From the NCBI RefSeq assembly GCF_009914755.1, contig NC_060925.1: a DNA stretch of 64,000 bases; one strand, 5' to 3'. The number at the start of each line of letters is the position of its first letter. The stretch's first letter is position 1. Origin of the DNA: the human T2T-CHM13v2.0 reference genome, Homo sapiens. This document shows, one piece after another, positions 1 to 16,594 of this stretch. Made by a program: the position numbers and the translations under genes. The notes under the pieces were generated by a model, which saw only the letters and a program-made list of their open reading frames with translations, made no database searches and was not told where the DNA came from.

Positions 1-87
1 TTAAAAAGGTACAGAGATATTTCTAGTCACAGAGGTTCTTGGGTGGAGCAATGACACAATTTTTAAAATCCTATTAGATATTATGTT

Positions 88-212
88 GATTACCTGGGTG
101 ACAAAATTATCTGTACACCAGACCCCCATGACATGCAATTTACCCATGTAACAAACTTGCACATATACCCCCCTTGAACCTAAAATAAAAGTTGGAAAGA
201 AAAAATAAAAGA
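88..212 (+). mobile_element. L1 3'-end fragment (old L1PA/L1PB type)
   Basis: ctgggtgacaaaattatctgtacacca...acccatgtaacaaacttgcacat...cttgaacctaaaataaaagtt followed by an A-rich tail. Confidence 0.8.
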
Positions 213-1999
213 AAGAATATCTTATTGGCCCACTTCATAGGCTTTCCACTAGTCATTCCCTACCACATACTTGTGGAGAAAAAAAATATTTGAATTGGCA
301 TTCCTTTCTTCCTTTCTGAGCTGAATTAATAGTAGCCTTGGGAAAGGAACCATTTGCAAGGTATAAACCCAGGGCTGGTACTATAATTCATAATCTGCAT
401 CTATTAACAAAAACTGTGTTTTGGGAAGTTTTCTTAAAGTGATTTGTGAAGCTGTTGAGCTTAAGGGGCCAACACTGTCATTTTATGTTTTCCTATTCTA
501 GTTCATTTAGCAAACTCATATACGTTTATGTTTTTAGTTTAGTTTTCTTCCCAGGGTCTTATCTTGGCCAAGGTAGACTCAAAAGTGTGGTTATTCTTAT
601 CGTGGTATGTCTTTGTCTTTGGGTCTCTGAATGCTTTCGAAACTCAATTGTTATCGTACTTCCTTGGGTATAGGTTGAACAATTTGACAAAGGAAAACTC
701 AAAATAATCATGATAATCTTAAGGAGCCAATTCACCTTACCTGTCAACGATGGAACTAGCCTCTTGAAAATCCAGGAAGCTCTTTTCTAAGCTGTCTCAG
801 CTTGAGCTCAAAGTGGAATCATTTATTCATGAGGTTGGGTTACAGACAGCGGTGAAGGCCCCAACCATTGTATATGATATGCCATGTCTACCATTCAAGC
901 ATTGACATCCCCGGAAGACTTTCCAGAAGGCAAATAATCTTCCTAAAAGTTATAGGTAGAAAAAGATTATAGAGGGCTATTTAGAATTCATCAGTTTCCA
1001 GGTGACAAAATCCATTATTAAAATTTGAAAGTATGAGAGAAAAGACTGGTAAACAGGACTGTAGTCGATACAGTCAAAGCTCTTCATCAGCTTTCCAGTT
1101 CTCAGGAATTTTTCCAGATTTCACTAGATCTGGAATTAATACCCCATTTTTTTTCTGTAATTACCAGCCTGATCAAATAACTGATTTGGAATCTTCCATC
1201 TACCTAATTGCATCCGTGAAGGTGCTTTCCCTGTGTCTTAGAGACAGAATATTGAGGGTACAATCATCTGACGACGAAAAGAAGGCAGAGAAAGATAACT
1301 CCTCCCAGAGCTCACTGGCTATTATTAGTAGCCCGGCTGTGCTGTGGTTGGGGCCACACCTCATTTTGGAGTGAGGGTACTTCTCACCATCTCCTCCATG
1401 GTTTCCAGCATCAGCTTCAGCTTGGTTGTCATTAATTTGAATTATTCTGCAATACTTGGTGATGCATGTGTGTGACTAAAATTAAAACCTATTTAGGTGA
1501 AATTTTGACAGCTCGTCTCTATGACCTTGACAGCCACTTAGACTATCTCAAGAAGGAAAGGGCTTGACTGATAGTTTCCTCCTCCGTTTTCTTTGTTCAT
1601 CTGAGAAAACAACTTTTATAAGATCTGTTCACCTAGCTAGACTTCACCCAGTCTCTCAGCTCCCTTTTTACCAAGCCTTAGAAGGTTAGAGAAAAACCAG
1701 GCTAGATAATTTAATAGCCTCTCCAGATCTCAGAGATGCTTATACTGAAGGCAGCCAGATAGCAAAGTCACGAGTGTTCCTGGCTCTTCAAGTGCCCTAT
1801 GCATATTTCACCAAAGGTAGGTACATGGCATGTATACAAGGTGTGGGGCATATGACATTCATGAAGAAAATTCGTCTGTGAATGATATTCCTAGCCATGG
1901 GCTCAGGGTTGACTTCCTTAAGCCGTGTATTACTATGCTAGAGCGTGAGGAAGAACTTATTTCTCATAGGACTGTTTATATATTACATTTCACTGAAGA

Positions 2000-2310
2000 A
2001 AAGTATGCCTATTATAATTTAATAGCTATATGCATTTTCACAAACTGAATTCACACTTGTGTAACCAGCACCCAGATCAAGAAACAGAACATTTCTGTAC
2101 CCTAGAAACCCCCTCATATTCCCTTCTAGTCATCTCCCCACCCTAAATCCCCCAGGATAACAACTGTCTTGACTTTTAACAGCAGAGATTAGCTTTGCTT
2201 GGTTTCATACTTTATATAAGTAGAATTGCACAGTATGTACTCTTTTTTGTTTGGTTTCTTTCAATATTATGTTTGTGAGATTTATTCATACTGTTGTGTA
2301 TAGTTGCAGA
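2000..2310 (-). mobile_element. L1M (L1MC/ME-type) 3' fragment
   Basis: gtaaccagcacccagatcaagaaacagaacatt...gagatttattcatactgttgtgtatag, typical antisense L1M 3' UTR. Confidence 0.7.
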
Positions 2311-2510
2311 TCATAGGAATTTCTCTTGATCTTTGTAACTTTGGATCAATTAAATTGTAGTTGATTAGAGACATGCCCAGGGTTGTTGAATGGCCAATGA
2401 TTACTATCCCACAGGGTGAGTAATCTCTTTTCTCCCTCCCTTGGGGCATTCCCATGTAGGCAGAAAACTCTTAAATTAGGAGCTGGTTGGCAGATCATAA
2501 AAATAGATTG

Positions 2511-2945
<435 letters not shown>

Positions 2946-3819
2946 TTGATTCATTCTCTTTTGGCTGGGTAAAGAGCCTCTCTGCTTTCTAGTAATGGGC
3001 AAACAAACATTCTTCATACCACACCCCAGTTTTTTAACCTCTTTTGTTTAGAGTGTCCTTGCACATGAATTAGAATCCTACTGGTTAAGATATAGTATCA
3101 GATAAGAGTCCTAAGGAATGTCCTCAGCCATTCTGTAGTTACATGAATCTTCCCGGGGATTTGCTTTGTGCTATCAGAGGAGATGCCTTTTCCAAGTGAC
3201 CCTTTCTCTTGGGCCTAGTTCTGCTCTTAACTCTGAGACCTTGGACAATGACTTCTTTCTGTGCCTCAGTTCCCTAAACTTTAAAAAAAGAGTGTGGTCT
3301 ATGTGATCTCCATGGTGCCTTCCAAATTCAGGATACCACAGTTCTGTGACGATAAGGGGATCCTACACTGGGGGCTTCCTTCTGGTTGTTAGGTTACCTT
3401 TGTTAAATTGTGATAGGTAAATTTTAATCCCACAGATAAGGACAAACAAAAGTGGATATAGGTGTGGAGAGGGCTAGCTTAAGCAAATGAAGACCAGATT
3501 TCTTGAAGAATGAAGGATTATTTCAGGTGCTGATATCTACAATGTCAGCAATGAAGAAATACCAAATTGGGATCCAAATACATAAAATAGATATGTTTTA
3601 CCAGTAAATTTGGTTCCAGTGGCAAAAGGACCCATTTCTCTGGGGACATAGGCTTAGAAAAGATACCTTAATTTGTGGTATGGCTGTACACACCTGTGCT
3701 TTATGTGAATTTGGGTCTGTTTGTCACTAGCAAAAGTCAACATTTTTAAAAATCTTTTTTTAATCTATAAAACTTAATGATTCACTGCAAAAATTATGAT
3801 AATAGAAGTCATTATATTT

Positions 3820-4622
<803 letters not shown>

Positions 4623-5789
4623 CTAACGTTTAACTCCAGTCACTTGGCTCTAGAATCCAACGTTTTCATCTACATACTGTATTAGGATTCTCTAAGTATG
4701 TTGTACAGAGAAGAGAAAATCCTGGATTTTCTCTGTTTCATTGAATTCAGATATTTCACTTAGTTATAGAATTAACCTAATTTTTCTTTTGCACATAAAC
4801 CTTCAAAGGGTATGGAGATGTTGAACATCAACATTGGATTGTTTTTCCTACCTGGGGTTGGGGCAAGCAGCTGGAAGTTGGGAATGAAATAGGGCAGCAT
4901 GTTTACACTCCTCAGGGGCAAAATATCTCTGCCCCCTGTAAGAGGGAAACAAGGACTCATTAAATGTGAGAATTGGCCCCAAATCTGGCTCACAGCTAAT
5001 TTAGCTAATTTAGGGATGTCAGGGTGGCTGCACAATTGGCCCCTCTATGCTATTGAACCCCCTTAAGGGAGGCTCCTTGCTAGCCCTCTGGTTTGTGGTA
5101 ATGTCTGCTGGGACATATTTTACATTTTGCATGAAGCCATGTTGGAGATTCCTTTAGCTAAATATAACATCTGAAGAAAGTAGCCTCCTGTTCACAGCTT
5201 AAAAACAGTCTGACTTTGTCTAGGACAAGAGGGAAAATTGAGCCCGTTTGGTGCTCCTGACATCTCCTTTCATGTAATGAAAGCTCAGTCTGTCTAACCT
5301 CTGTTGGAACCAGGGTTTGGGCAAATATTATTGCTGCCACCTTCATTTGTTTAATGCGGTGGCTTCAAAAACCATGGGCAAAAACTGCCAAGTTTGACTC
5401 CCATCTCCCTGTGGTCTCCATGAGGGGCATGTTCTAAAGAAGCCCACCAAGAACAGAAATAATTTTTCCCACTTGCTTAGTTTAAACTGAAATAAACTTG
5501 GGTGTGCTTTTTCCTACAGGAGAGAGGATAATCCTGTTTTCTCTTTTTACTTAGCTGGAACACACTAAAAGTACCTCTGACTTTGCTTTCTCAAATCACT
5601 GTTTCTAGCCCTTCACAGCTGCTCACACTTAAGCTTGGAAGCTGGTCAGTTCAGACAGTGCTAAGGCTCAGTTGCATCCTTGTTTTTACAGCACTGCAGT
5701 GAACTGTACTCCTGCTTTGCTGTTAGGACTCTTAAGTTTCTATGGCAAAAATTTAGGTTAAATTGAAAAAGCCAAGTCAGATTCCCTAT

Positions 5790-5850
5790 AGACCAGTAGC
5801 TTTCAACTTTGCCTGGGCATGAAAGTTACTTGGGGAGTTTTAAAAAAATC
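5790..5850. mobile_element. MER5-type hAT DNA transposon, first half (second half ~7500-7610)
   Basis: accagtagctttcaacttt...ttacttggggagttttaaaaaa resumes as aaaaatacccatgccaagaccctacccc...tcagaatctctggagtagggcctggg...gggctgagaatcactg. Confidence 0.65.
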
Positions 5851-6507
5851 TTTGTGACCTTGAATAAACAAAGGTTTCTTAGAATATAAAAAGCATGAAC
5901 CATAAAATTTTATAAAGGATAAGTCAGACTTCATCAAGTCTTGGACTTTTGTTCCTAGAAAGACTTTATTTACAAAATGAAAGACAAGACGCAGACTGGG
6001 AGAAAATATTTGTAATATGTATCTGACATGGACTTATATCAGATTATAGAATAAAGAACTCTGAGAACTCAGTAATAAGACAAACTACCCAAATTTTTAA
6101 AAATGGAAACAGGTTTTAATAAACATTTCACTAATAAAAATATACAAATGGCTAATCAACACATGAAAATATGCTCAATATCATCACTCGTGATGGAAAC
6201 GCAAGTTAAAACTGTAAGAAGATATACCATACATTCACTAGGATGGTTAAAATTAAAACATCTGGCAATACCAAGTGTTAAGGAAGTTGGCCAGAACCCT
6301 CATATGTTGCTAGTGAGAGTGTGAAAGTGGTACAACCACTTTGGAAAATAGTGGCAGTTTCTTATGACATTAAATTTGTACTTGTCATATGACCCAGTAA
6401 TTCCAGGTATTTATAGGCATCTACCCAAGAGAAATAAAAGCATATGTCTAAACAAAGACTTGCACCTGAATATTCATAAAGCTTTTGTGATAGGCTGAGT
6501 AATGCCT

Positions 6508-6545
<38 letters not shown>

Positions 6546-7497
6546 TCCATATTCTAACCTTTGGAACCTGTGAATGTTACCTTATGCATGTAATACTTTG
6601 CAGATATGACTAATTTAAGGATCTTGTGATGGGGATATTATGCTTAATTAGCTGGGTGGGCTGTAAATGCAATCACAAGTGTCCTCATAAGAAGGAGATT
6701 ACAGATAAAAGAGAGGAAGGTCATGTGATAGAAGCAGAGGGAAACAGAGTCATAGAGAGAGGATGCTATGCCACTGGCTTTGAATATGGAGGAAGTGGCC
6801 ATGAGCCAGTGAATACAGCTCTAGATGCTGGAAAAGGCAAGGAAACGGATTCTTCCTGAGAGCCTCCGGAGCAGAAGCAGCCCTGCTGACTCACTGGTTT
6901 CAGCCCAGTGAAATTGGTTTTGGAGTTCTGACCTCCAGAACTCTAAGAGAACAAATGTATGTTGTTTTAAGCCACCATGTTTGCAGTAATTTGTTACAGC
7001 TGCCTTAGGTACTTTATTCATAATAGCCCAAACTGGAAACAACCCAAATGTCCATCAACAGATGAGTGGAAAAACATATTGTAGTGTATCCATATATCAA
7101 TACTACTCAGCAATAAGAAGGGAAATGCTGATACAATATAAATGAGCTCAAAAAACATTATGTTGATAAAAAGAAGCCAAGCACAATGAGTACATTCTGT
7201 ATGATTCTGTTTCTATAAAATTTTAGAAAAAACAAATCTGATCTATAGTGATAGAGAATAGATATTGATTGCCTTGGGGCCAGGATGGGGATGAAGGATT
7301 GACTGCTAAGGGACACAAGGGAGTTTGTAGGGTTTTTATAGCCTACATTATATAACATTTTAAACAATGCTTTATAACATTTTTATAATGTTACATAATC
7401 TTGACCATGGTGGTACATTAGACAGACTTTATCATATTATACACTTAAAATGTGTACATTTTATTATGTAAATTATGCCTCAATAAAGTTGATCTAA
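5850..7497 (+). mobile_element. L1M ORF2-end/3' UTR, split by an MLT1 LTR
   Basis: gactgggagaaaatatttgta, tatacaaatggctaatcaacacatgaaaa, aaactggaaacaacccaaatgtccatcaacag; ends cctcaataaagttg. Confidence 0.85.
6486..7010 (+). mobile_element. MLT1 (ERVL-MaLR) solo LTR, MLT1C/D-like
   Basis: tgtgataggctgagtaatg...ggaacctgtgaatgttacctt...ttctgacctccagaact...gttgttttaagccacc...aatttgttacagc. Confidence 0.85.
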
Positions 7498-9822
7498 TTT
7501 AAAAAATACCCATGCCAAGACCCTACCCCAGCATGATTTAGTCAGAATCTCTGGAGTAGGGCCTGGGTGATTGTTGCCTACAGCTAGGGCTGAGAATCAC
7601 TGCTGCACTGTTTTCCATCTTGGGGAAACTGCAGAGCACAGAGAATATCTGATGCCCTAAGATCCTGTCTATCTGTATGTGAGCCATGTTTGCCTCTGCA
7701 ACAGACAGTGTTAAAGCATCTAGGCTAGTTTCTCTAGGCAACCCATTGTGGTTTCCTACTTTATTCTTGGAGGGTGATGAAGGGTGAAGTTAGCTTCAGA
7801 TAAATAAATCTGGTGACAAAGGGTGAATCTGGCTTCCTTCACACTGCAGGAAGTGGGGAATGCAAGAAGAGTGCTGAGGAAGGAATGTAAGAGACTCAGT
7901 TAATACTTTTCTCCAGGGTCTTGGAGATGTTAAACATGTCCTTTTGCCATTAGTGAATCAGTCACAAGAGAATTGCCACAACAGTCAGATTTCTTTTGGC
8001 ACTAAGGAAATGAATCTGGTAGTTAAAAAGGATAAATGAGATTTAAAACTAAAAGCAGTGCATGTTACCTATCTGTTTGGTATCCGTTTGGACTGAGATA
8101 GGATTTCCTATGGCGTGTCTTGAGTCCAGCTGTTTGGCATGTGTGAGAAGAGTGGATGATGAAACTGTGAGAAGGCATTTTGGGTGGTGTGATGGTCATA
8201 AATAAGAAGAGGAGAAGTGGTGACCCACAATGCTGGTATAGTTGAATGTCCCTGGTAAGTGCTGTGGATTGAATGAATGGAGGAAAAGAATGGTTTTCCA
8301 AAGGTTGTGTCCCTGTGCTCTGCCCCCTTAAGAAAGGGTTTAACTCTTTGGGAGAAGGAGTAGATGAGTGATTTAACCCTCCCTCCCTTCCCCGTCTACC
8401 ATATCCCTCCTGCTCGTCTGAACTCAGTATCTGTGATTGGACTGAATTTCCTCCACATTATAGCATGGTCACTAACAGCGTTTGCACAGTGCTTTACAGA
8501 CAGCTGTTCCAGTTGCCCAGTTTATCTTGTTGGTAGCAAAAATCTGTTCTAATTAATTGAGCTTTATTCTCTCATATCTGATGAAAAGATCCTCTTTGGA
8601 GAAAAGAATAGAATGTGAAGCTGAGCTTATTTGAGTAGGGGATGGAAGGCTGCCAGCTACTTCAAAGGTATCTCTGCTGATAAGGGGCGTCAGGTTTGCT
8701 GCCAAAGCCAACACCGAGGGGAGCTTTGCAGCTCGTGCTGTTGGGGGTGTTTTAGCTTTGGTTTCTGTGACACTGGGTCAGCAGCATCTGTGTGCTCTCC
8801 CTTGAGGCTGCTCTCTGGGTGGTCCAGGCTTTTATTTAGACTTAGGAAGGTGCAGCTCAAAGGGAATGTGTGCATCAAAGATGTCTGTAGTCTTTTGCTT
8901 AGGTTAGTTTGTGTGTTTGCCTTTTTGGTGTTTTAGTTCTTAGGTATCTGCCTTTTCTAAAAGAGCTCAAGGTGCTATATTTAGAACTTTCAAAAGTATA
9001 ATAGTACTTCGATTTGTATAAATCAAAGGATTATTAAGGGAATCTGAAGACGAGGAATGGAATATGGGAAATGGAATATGGGAAAGAGAGGTGCAGTAGA
9101 CAAAAAATAAAAGTGTCCATATGCAACCTTGTATTGGAATACTACCCTAAATTAGGAGATTATACAGTCAATAAGTATTTTAGTGAATACTGCATGCACA
9201 GCATTATGCTGCTAGGTGCTTAAAAGAGCTTGAAAATCAAATTGAGGAGTAAGATTTGCCTCCCAAGGGAGCTTGGGGTTTTTGGTTTATTTAGGTCTCT
9301 CAAAACTTTCTGTGGGATGATGATGATGACAAAGTAATAATAGTAACCTTTCGTAAAATTCACACTGTGAATACCTCCCACTGTAGTAGGCCCTAGATGT
9401 GTATTTTCTCTGAACCTTTCATCTATTTTTGCAAAGTTTTTTTCCTAAACTATTTATGAAAGTATAAAATACTTAGAGAAAGTACACATATTATAAAGTG
9501 TACAGCTCAATGAATTTTTACAAACTGAATACAGCTATGTAATCAGCACCCAGATGAAGAAAGAATGTTACTAGTATCCCATGAACCCTCCTTCTCTCCA
9601 CTTCAAGTCATTACTCTCTGAAGGGTAACCATTATCCTGACTTCTAACACAATATAAGTATTTGCCCATTTAAAAATTTGTTTGTGTAAATGGAATCAGA
9701 TAATTTTTTTCAACAACTTGAATATGTAATTCACTTGCCTTCTGGCCTCCATTATTTCTGATGAGAAATCAGCTGTGGTTCTTAGGTTCTTATTATTGCT
9801 TACTTGTATGTAATATATCATC

Positions 9823-10000
9823 TTTTTGTTTGTTTGTTTGTTTGTTTTAAAGAGATGGAGTCTCTGTCCCCCAGGCTGGAGTCCTGTTGCATGATTACAG
9901 CTCACTGTAGACTCAAACTTCTGTGCTCAAGCAATCCCAGTCCTTCCGTCTTGGCCTCCCAAAGTGGTGGGATTACAGGCGTGAGCTGCCATGCCCAGCC
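9823..10000 (-). mobile_element. Short (internally deleted or monomeric) AluJ-type element with (TTTG)n tail
   Basis: gagatggagtctctgtccccaggctggag...cctcccaaagtggtgggattacaggcgtgagc. Confidence 0.8.
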
Positions 10001-10371
10001 CTTCTTTATTTGGCTGCTTCCAATATTTATTCATTATCTTTGGTTTTTAGTTCTTTGATTATCATAAGAGTGTAAGCATGGTTTTCATTGTATTCCTTTG
10101 GCTTGGTTAAATATAATATCCAGACAATCCCTGATCTGTCAAATATCTAATTTGTAGAAATTGTAGGAAAAATATCAAATTTTTCCTCAATTTGAGAAAA
10201 ATTTTTGGCAAATATTTTTTTCTGTCCCATCTCTCCTTCCTGTTTTGCTTTGTTATCAATTGCATGTATGTTAGACTACTTGATTCAGTCCCACAGCTTG
10301 TTAATGTTCTGTCCATTTTTTTCAAATTTTTGTTTTCTGTATGCTTTAGTTTAGATGATTTCTAAAGTTTA

Positions 10372-10779
<408 letters not shown>

Positions 10780-10827
10780 TCACCTAAGATGCTATAAATG
10801 CCATCCAATGAATTTTTTTTATTTCAG

Positions 10828-11082
10828 ATTTTTTTTTTTTTTTTTTTGAGATGGAGACTCACTTTGTCACCCAGGTTGGAGTACAGTGGTGTGATCATAG
10901 CTCACCGTACCCTCAGACTCCTGGGCTCAAGTGATCCTCCCACCTCAGCTTCTCATGTGTCTGATACTACAGGTGTGTACCATCATGCTTGGCTAATTTT
11001 TTTAGAGATGGGGTCTCGCTGTGGTTCCCAGGCTAGGCTTGAACTCTGGGGCTCAAATGATCCTTCCCCTTCAGCCTCCCAA
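10828..11082 (-). mobile_element. AluJ (5'-truncated)
   Basis: Poly(T) then gagatggagactcactttgtcacccaggttggag...gatccttccccttcagcctccca. Confidence 0.85.
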
Positions 11083-11759
11083 TTATTGTATGTATATTTT
11101 TAAAACATAGTTGGCAATTACTTAAAAATTCTTGTTTGCTATTTTTAACATTGACATTATCTGTGGGTCTGTTTATTGATTTTCCTCTTGACTTTTTTTT
11201 ACATGCCTACTAATCTTTTATTGCATATTGGACATCATAGATAATATGTCATAGAAACTCTAGATGTACTTATCTTCCTCTGAAGAGTATGAAGTTTTAT
11301 TCTAGGAGGCTATTAAATTACTGGTTGATCACCTTGATCTTGTGGGGGCTTGGCTTTATACTTCATTACAGTGGGTATATTTTGGTTTTGCCCTTCGTCT
11401 TAGAAAATACTGTATACTTAAGGCATGGCCTTTCTGGGGTTTCCATGGGAAACCCAAGATGTTTATCAAGCCCCTCTAACTAGGCAGGCTTTGAATGCCA
11501 AATTCTATCTTCCTTACAGTGGGCAGCACCTAAGATGACCAACTATCCTGTTTGCCTTGGGCTGAGGGGGTTCCTAGGACATGAGACTTTTAGTTTTATC
11601 TGTTCAACTGTTGATGGCATTTGGATAGTTTTCAGTTTGAGGCTATTATGTATGTTATAAATAATGCTGCTATGAACATTATAATGGGAAGTTATTCTTT
11701 CCAGTGTATGGTTGAACCTGGTCACAAGCCAGGCTTTAAGAATAGTGAATTCAAAACCT

Positions 11760-11922
11760 TTTCTCTCTCTTTCTCTCTCTCTCTCCTTCTCTCCCTCCTC
11801 TGTCTCTCTCCCTCCCCCCCTTCCTTCTCCCCTCTGCCTTCTCTTCCCTCTCCTTTCTCTCTTCCTTTTCCTCTTTCCTTCTCCCTCTCCTTGTTTCCTC
11901 CTTCCCTTCCTTTTCTCTATTC
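11760..11922. repeat. CT-rich low-complexity (polypyrimidine/polypurine) tract
   Basis: About 160 bp almost entirely C/T. Confidence 0.9.
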
Positions 11923-12701
11923 TTTTGAATAATCTTTTAAATTTTATAGTAGATGTATATGTTATAGAAAATTTAAAAATACAGAAAGCAAAAATATGAT
12001 ATAAAAAACAGATTTATTGTACATACTATTTTGTAATCTACTGTTTTAGTCAAGAACTTTCTCCTTTACATTTCAATAAACTTTTGTCTCATCTAATACC
12101 CAGGCCATGTAAAGATTTAATTAATTACTCAAAAAATCTCTTTGACAACTAGTTTGTCCAAGCCAGTATCTAATGCACACAGTTTTATGTCCCTTAAGTG
12201 TACTTTAATCTAGTATTATTTTCTTTCCATGAAACTGATTTGTTGAAGAGACCAAGCCAGATGTCCTGCAAAATCTCCCATCTTCTAGATTTGTCTGGTT
12301 GTTTACTTGTGTTGTTAAGCTTCTGCCCGTATCCCATATTTCCTGTAAATTGGAAGTTGGTTCTAAAGGTCCAAGTGGATTCAAGTGACTTAGAATGCAT
12401 AATAAGTGATGTTAGTACTTCATGTAGCATCAGAGCAGGAAATACATAACATCTAGTTAGTCTACCGATAGTGATGCTAATATTGGCACCCTCTAGAATA
12501 GGGCTGTGATAGTCTGACCCTTCCATTTTCTAGTTACATTTTTTAAATCACATGATAGAAACCTGATTGTAAGGTGTTATTCATGGTGCCAGCCTACAAA
12601 TATTGGGTGCCAGTTCAGTCATTCATCTGATAATTTTAGTATCAGTTGATAATTTTAGACAAGCTACTTTTTGTCATCTCTGTACCTCTCTTACTTGACT
12701 A

Positions 12702-13035
<334 letters not shown>

Positions 13036-13224
13036 ATGCCTCTCTGAGAAAAGGAGAGGATTGTTAATACAGCTCATCAGGCACCATGCAAATAGTAGTT
13101 TGTAAAAACGTATTAGTCTTGGGAGAAACCACACACACGAATAGTGTGCAAGCTGACTAGGTGTCAATTTGTTATTATTAAGAATCACAGCAATAATTTT
13201 TTTAAAAAAAGCATAATTCTAAAT

Positions 13225-13430
13225 GAATGCTAACCATGCCTAGGGACTGTGCTAGGTGTTTTACATGTATTAACCTATTTAATCTCATCACAACGACACT
13301 TTGAGATGAGTACTGGTTTTATCATCCCCATTTGTAGATAAGAGCATGGGCAAAGGGTTTAAGCAATTTACTGAAGATTATACAGCTGGTTGATGGGAGA
13401 AATGGGATTCAAGCCTAGGCAGTTGGCTTC
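13225..13430 (-). mobile_element. MIR
   Basis: actgtgctaggtgttttacatgtattaacctatttaatctcatcacaac...atccccatttgtagataag...gggattcaagcctaggc. Confidence 0.75.
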
Positions 13431-14554
13431 CCCTGATCTCTTCACATCATCATGCTCTGCTGCCTTGCATGTAGGAAGGTGGCAGTCATATTGGTAAGCT
13501 AAAGAACCAGTGCTTGTGCAGGGAATTAATGACTCATGCATTCTGCAGTCATACGTTGCTGTGCTTCTGTCAGGTCAGAATTTCCATTGTGCTATTCTGA
13601 TTCTGCTTCTTGCCCAGCTTGTCCAGAGAGAGAGTAGCACCTTTGACTTTAGCCTCCCTTGTTGCAGGACAGGCTTCTGTTGACTCCCCTATTTATCTTT
13701 GTCAAGACTTTTCCTTTGAATTCCTCCCTGCTTGTCTGAGCATGATTTTTATTTAAAGTGAGGACAAAATTTAAGTTTTCCTCCTTTTGACACGGCGTCT
13801 TCAGTTTTTTTTCATTTTCATCTTCTTTCCTTACAATACTGGACTTTCTCTGGTCTTTTAGTTTTTCTACTAGATCCTACCTTTCTTTGCTTTTAAGCCC
13901 AGCCCTTGGGGTTTTTTGTTTTGTTTTCTTTTTTTTTTTTCCTTTTTCTCTGTTCTCTACAAATCATTTGGGTCTACATCCAGCTTCTCCCAGCATTTAC
14001 TCAATATGAAACTTCCAGTTATAGATTAATTTGAATTCTTTGCACTAATTGTTTAAAAGACCATAGGAACCTCAGACCATCCCTCTTCATGGTCTCAAGA
14101 GCTCCCAGAATCATCCTCTTGGTAAGCTAAGTAGTTATTAGTAAGGCCCAGGGACAGGACTGAGAAGTAACATCTTCTATTTTTTATTTCAGTTTTCCTT
14201 TAATTTGGAAGCAAACAAACAAAAAACCCTTCAGCTTAGGGTTTTTTCAATTGTTAAAGTAATACTGAGCTTCAGTTAAGGCTATGAAAGAAAAGAAAAA
14301 ATTTTAAAAAGTAGTAACGTGTTTTTTTCAAGATATTGTGGGTAAAAACATAATAAAAAGAAAATAATAATTACTTGGAATCATGATTCACATTTTGATG
14401 TATTTCCTTCCAATCTTTTTTATACACATTTTTTTAAAAATGAGAGTTACATTATATATTAAGCTTAGTGTAATTTTTTTCATTTAACATTTGGAGAAGC
14501 ATTTTTATCATGTCATTGCATCTTCTTTTAAATGTTGCCTATATGATCATATAG

Positions 14555-14966
<412 letters not shown>

Positions 14967-16594
14967 TAGAAGCAATTAAAAATCTCATTGTTGTCTTTTT
15001 GGAAATCACTTGTTTTTAGGATGACTAGGTAGCCAAGGCTTTCATTTGGAAATACCCTACTTCCATTTAATATAAGGTAAGGAGAGAGGGTTTTTCCCCC
15101 TGCTGCTTTCCCTTTTTCTTCCTCTTCTGTCTTGCTCATTGTCTTAGAGCTTAGTTGAGAATCAGTGCTACGCCTGAGCCTGGGCCCTGGCTGGCTCAGT
15201 GGAGTTCTTTCACCATGCTGAGTTTCACTTTCCTCATCTTTACACTAATGAAATTACTCATACCCTCACTGTTCCTTCTCAGAATGCTATAGGCATCAGT
15301 AAAACCTGGGAACAAAGTGCTCTGCAAAGTTATGTTATGGTCAGAAGGTATCTGGTTGTGTTCATGCAGAAGAGCGTGTGTCTTGTGCCTTCGCCCAGCT
15401 AGGGTGGTCTTTGCAATCTCTAAGCTAATCTTTTTTTAGCGGTATATTATCATATAGGCTAGAAAGGAAATACAGAGAACAAACTGGGCGATCCAGTCTC
15501 CAACTTTAATCATCTCTTCTCCAAAGCCAAGATAATCCAAGCCTTCTGACCACATAAGCATTGCATCCCTTCCTGCCTTGCCTCTTCCCATGACCTTGTT
15601 TTTCTTTTGATGTTCATTTTGAGGGTGGAGAGTAGAAAAAGCATTCTCTTTTTGCTGCTCTCAGAGTCAGTGGTCTTTCTGGACCTTTAAGTTCTCAGGA
15701 AAGGAAAACCACATAGTCTACCTGAGCTTTCAGGGACTGAAGGAAAAAAAAAAGTATTGCTTTACTCAAATTCAGGACCACAAATAACCACTACCAACCC
15801 ATTCAGTTGAGTTTAATAATATTATTTTATTGTCTGTAATTGCTCGGTATTCAAGTTGGCAGTATAAAAGGCCTGCAGAGCAAGCTTAAAACATGGTTCA
15901 AGATCTTAGATTTCTTACATCTCAGGTGAAAGACAGACCATAGACTCCCAAAGCAGGTTACAATTTAGATAGCAATGTAATGAGTCGTACAGACAATTTG
16001 TTGTCTATAGGATCTTGGAAAAAAAACAGATTCATGAAAAGTAAGTCAGGAGAGCTTCATAGAGGGGAAAGAATTGGGCCGATGTTCTTTTAATTACCTG
16101 CTGCCAGGATTCTCAATTAGCCATCTGTTTCTTATCTTACAGAAATATCTTTTGAGGATTTCCATATTATCTGATTCCAAGTTCCTTTCCTGCCTCTTTG
16201 TCCCCATTAGAGATGTCACTCATGAGGACAGTCTGACAGCAGAGACTTCCTTTTGACCAGCAATGGGAGAAATATGTGGAAATAGCCTGAAGCCTGAGTA
16301 TAGAAGGCTTTGAATGCCAGTCCAAGGAGTTCAAACTACAGGTCAAAGAGAGCCATTGACAATTTTAGGCAGGGCAATGAAATCTTGAAAACCATGATTT
16401 CCAGTGGCATTGGCAGCAGTACTCAGTGTGGTTTAGCATGGAAGAAACTATATAGGAGCCTGCTACAATAATTCAGAGGGATAATAGAAACTTGGATAAT
16501 GACAATAGGAACTAAAAGAATTAGATTTACCAGAAGGCAGAGGAAAGACATTATAGACAGGACTGAGTGGCCTGACATGAGGTGGGAGGAGGTC

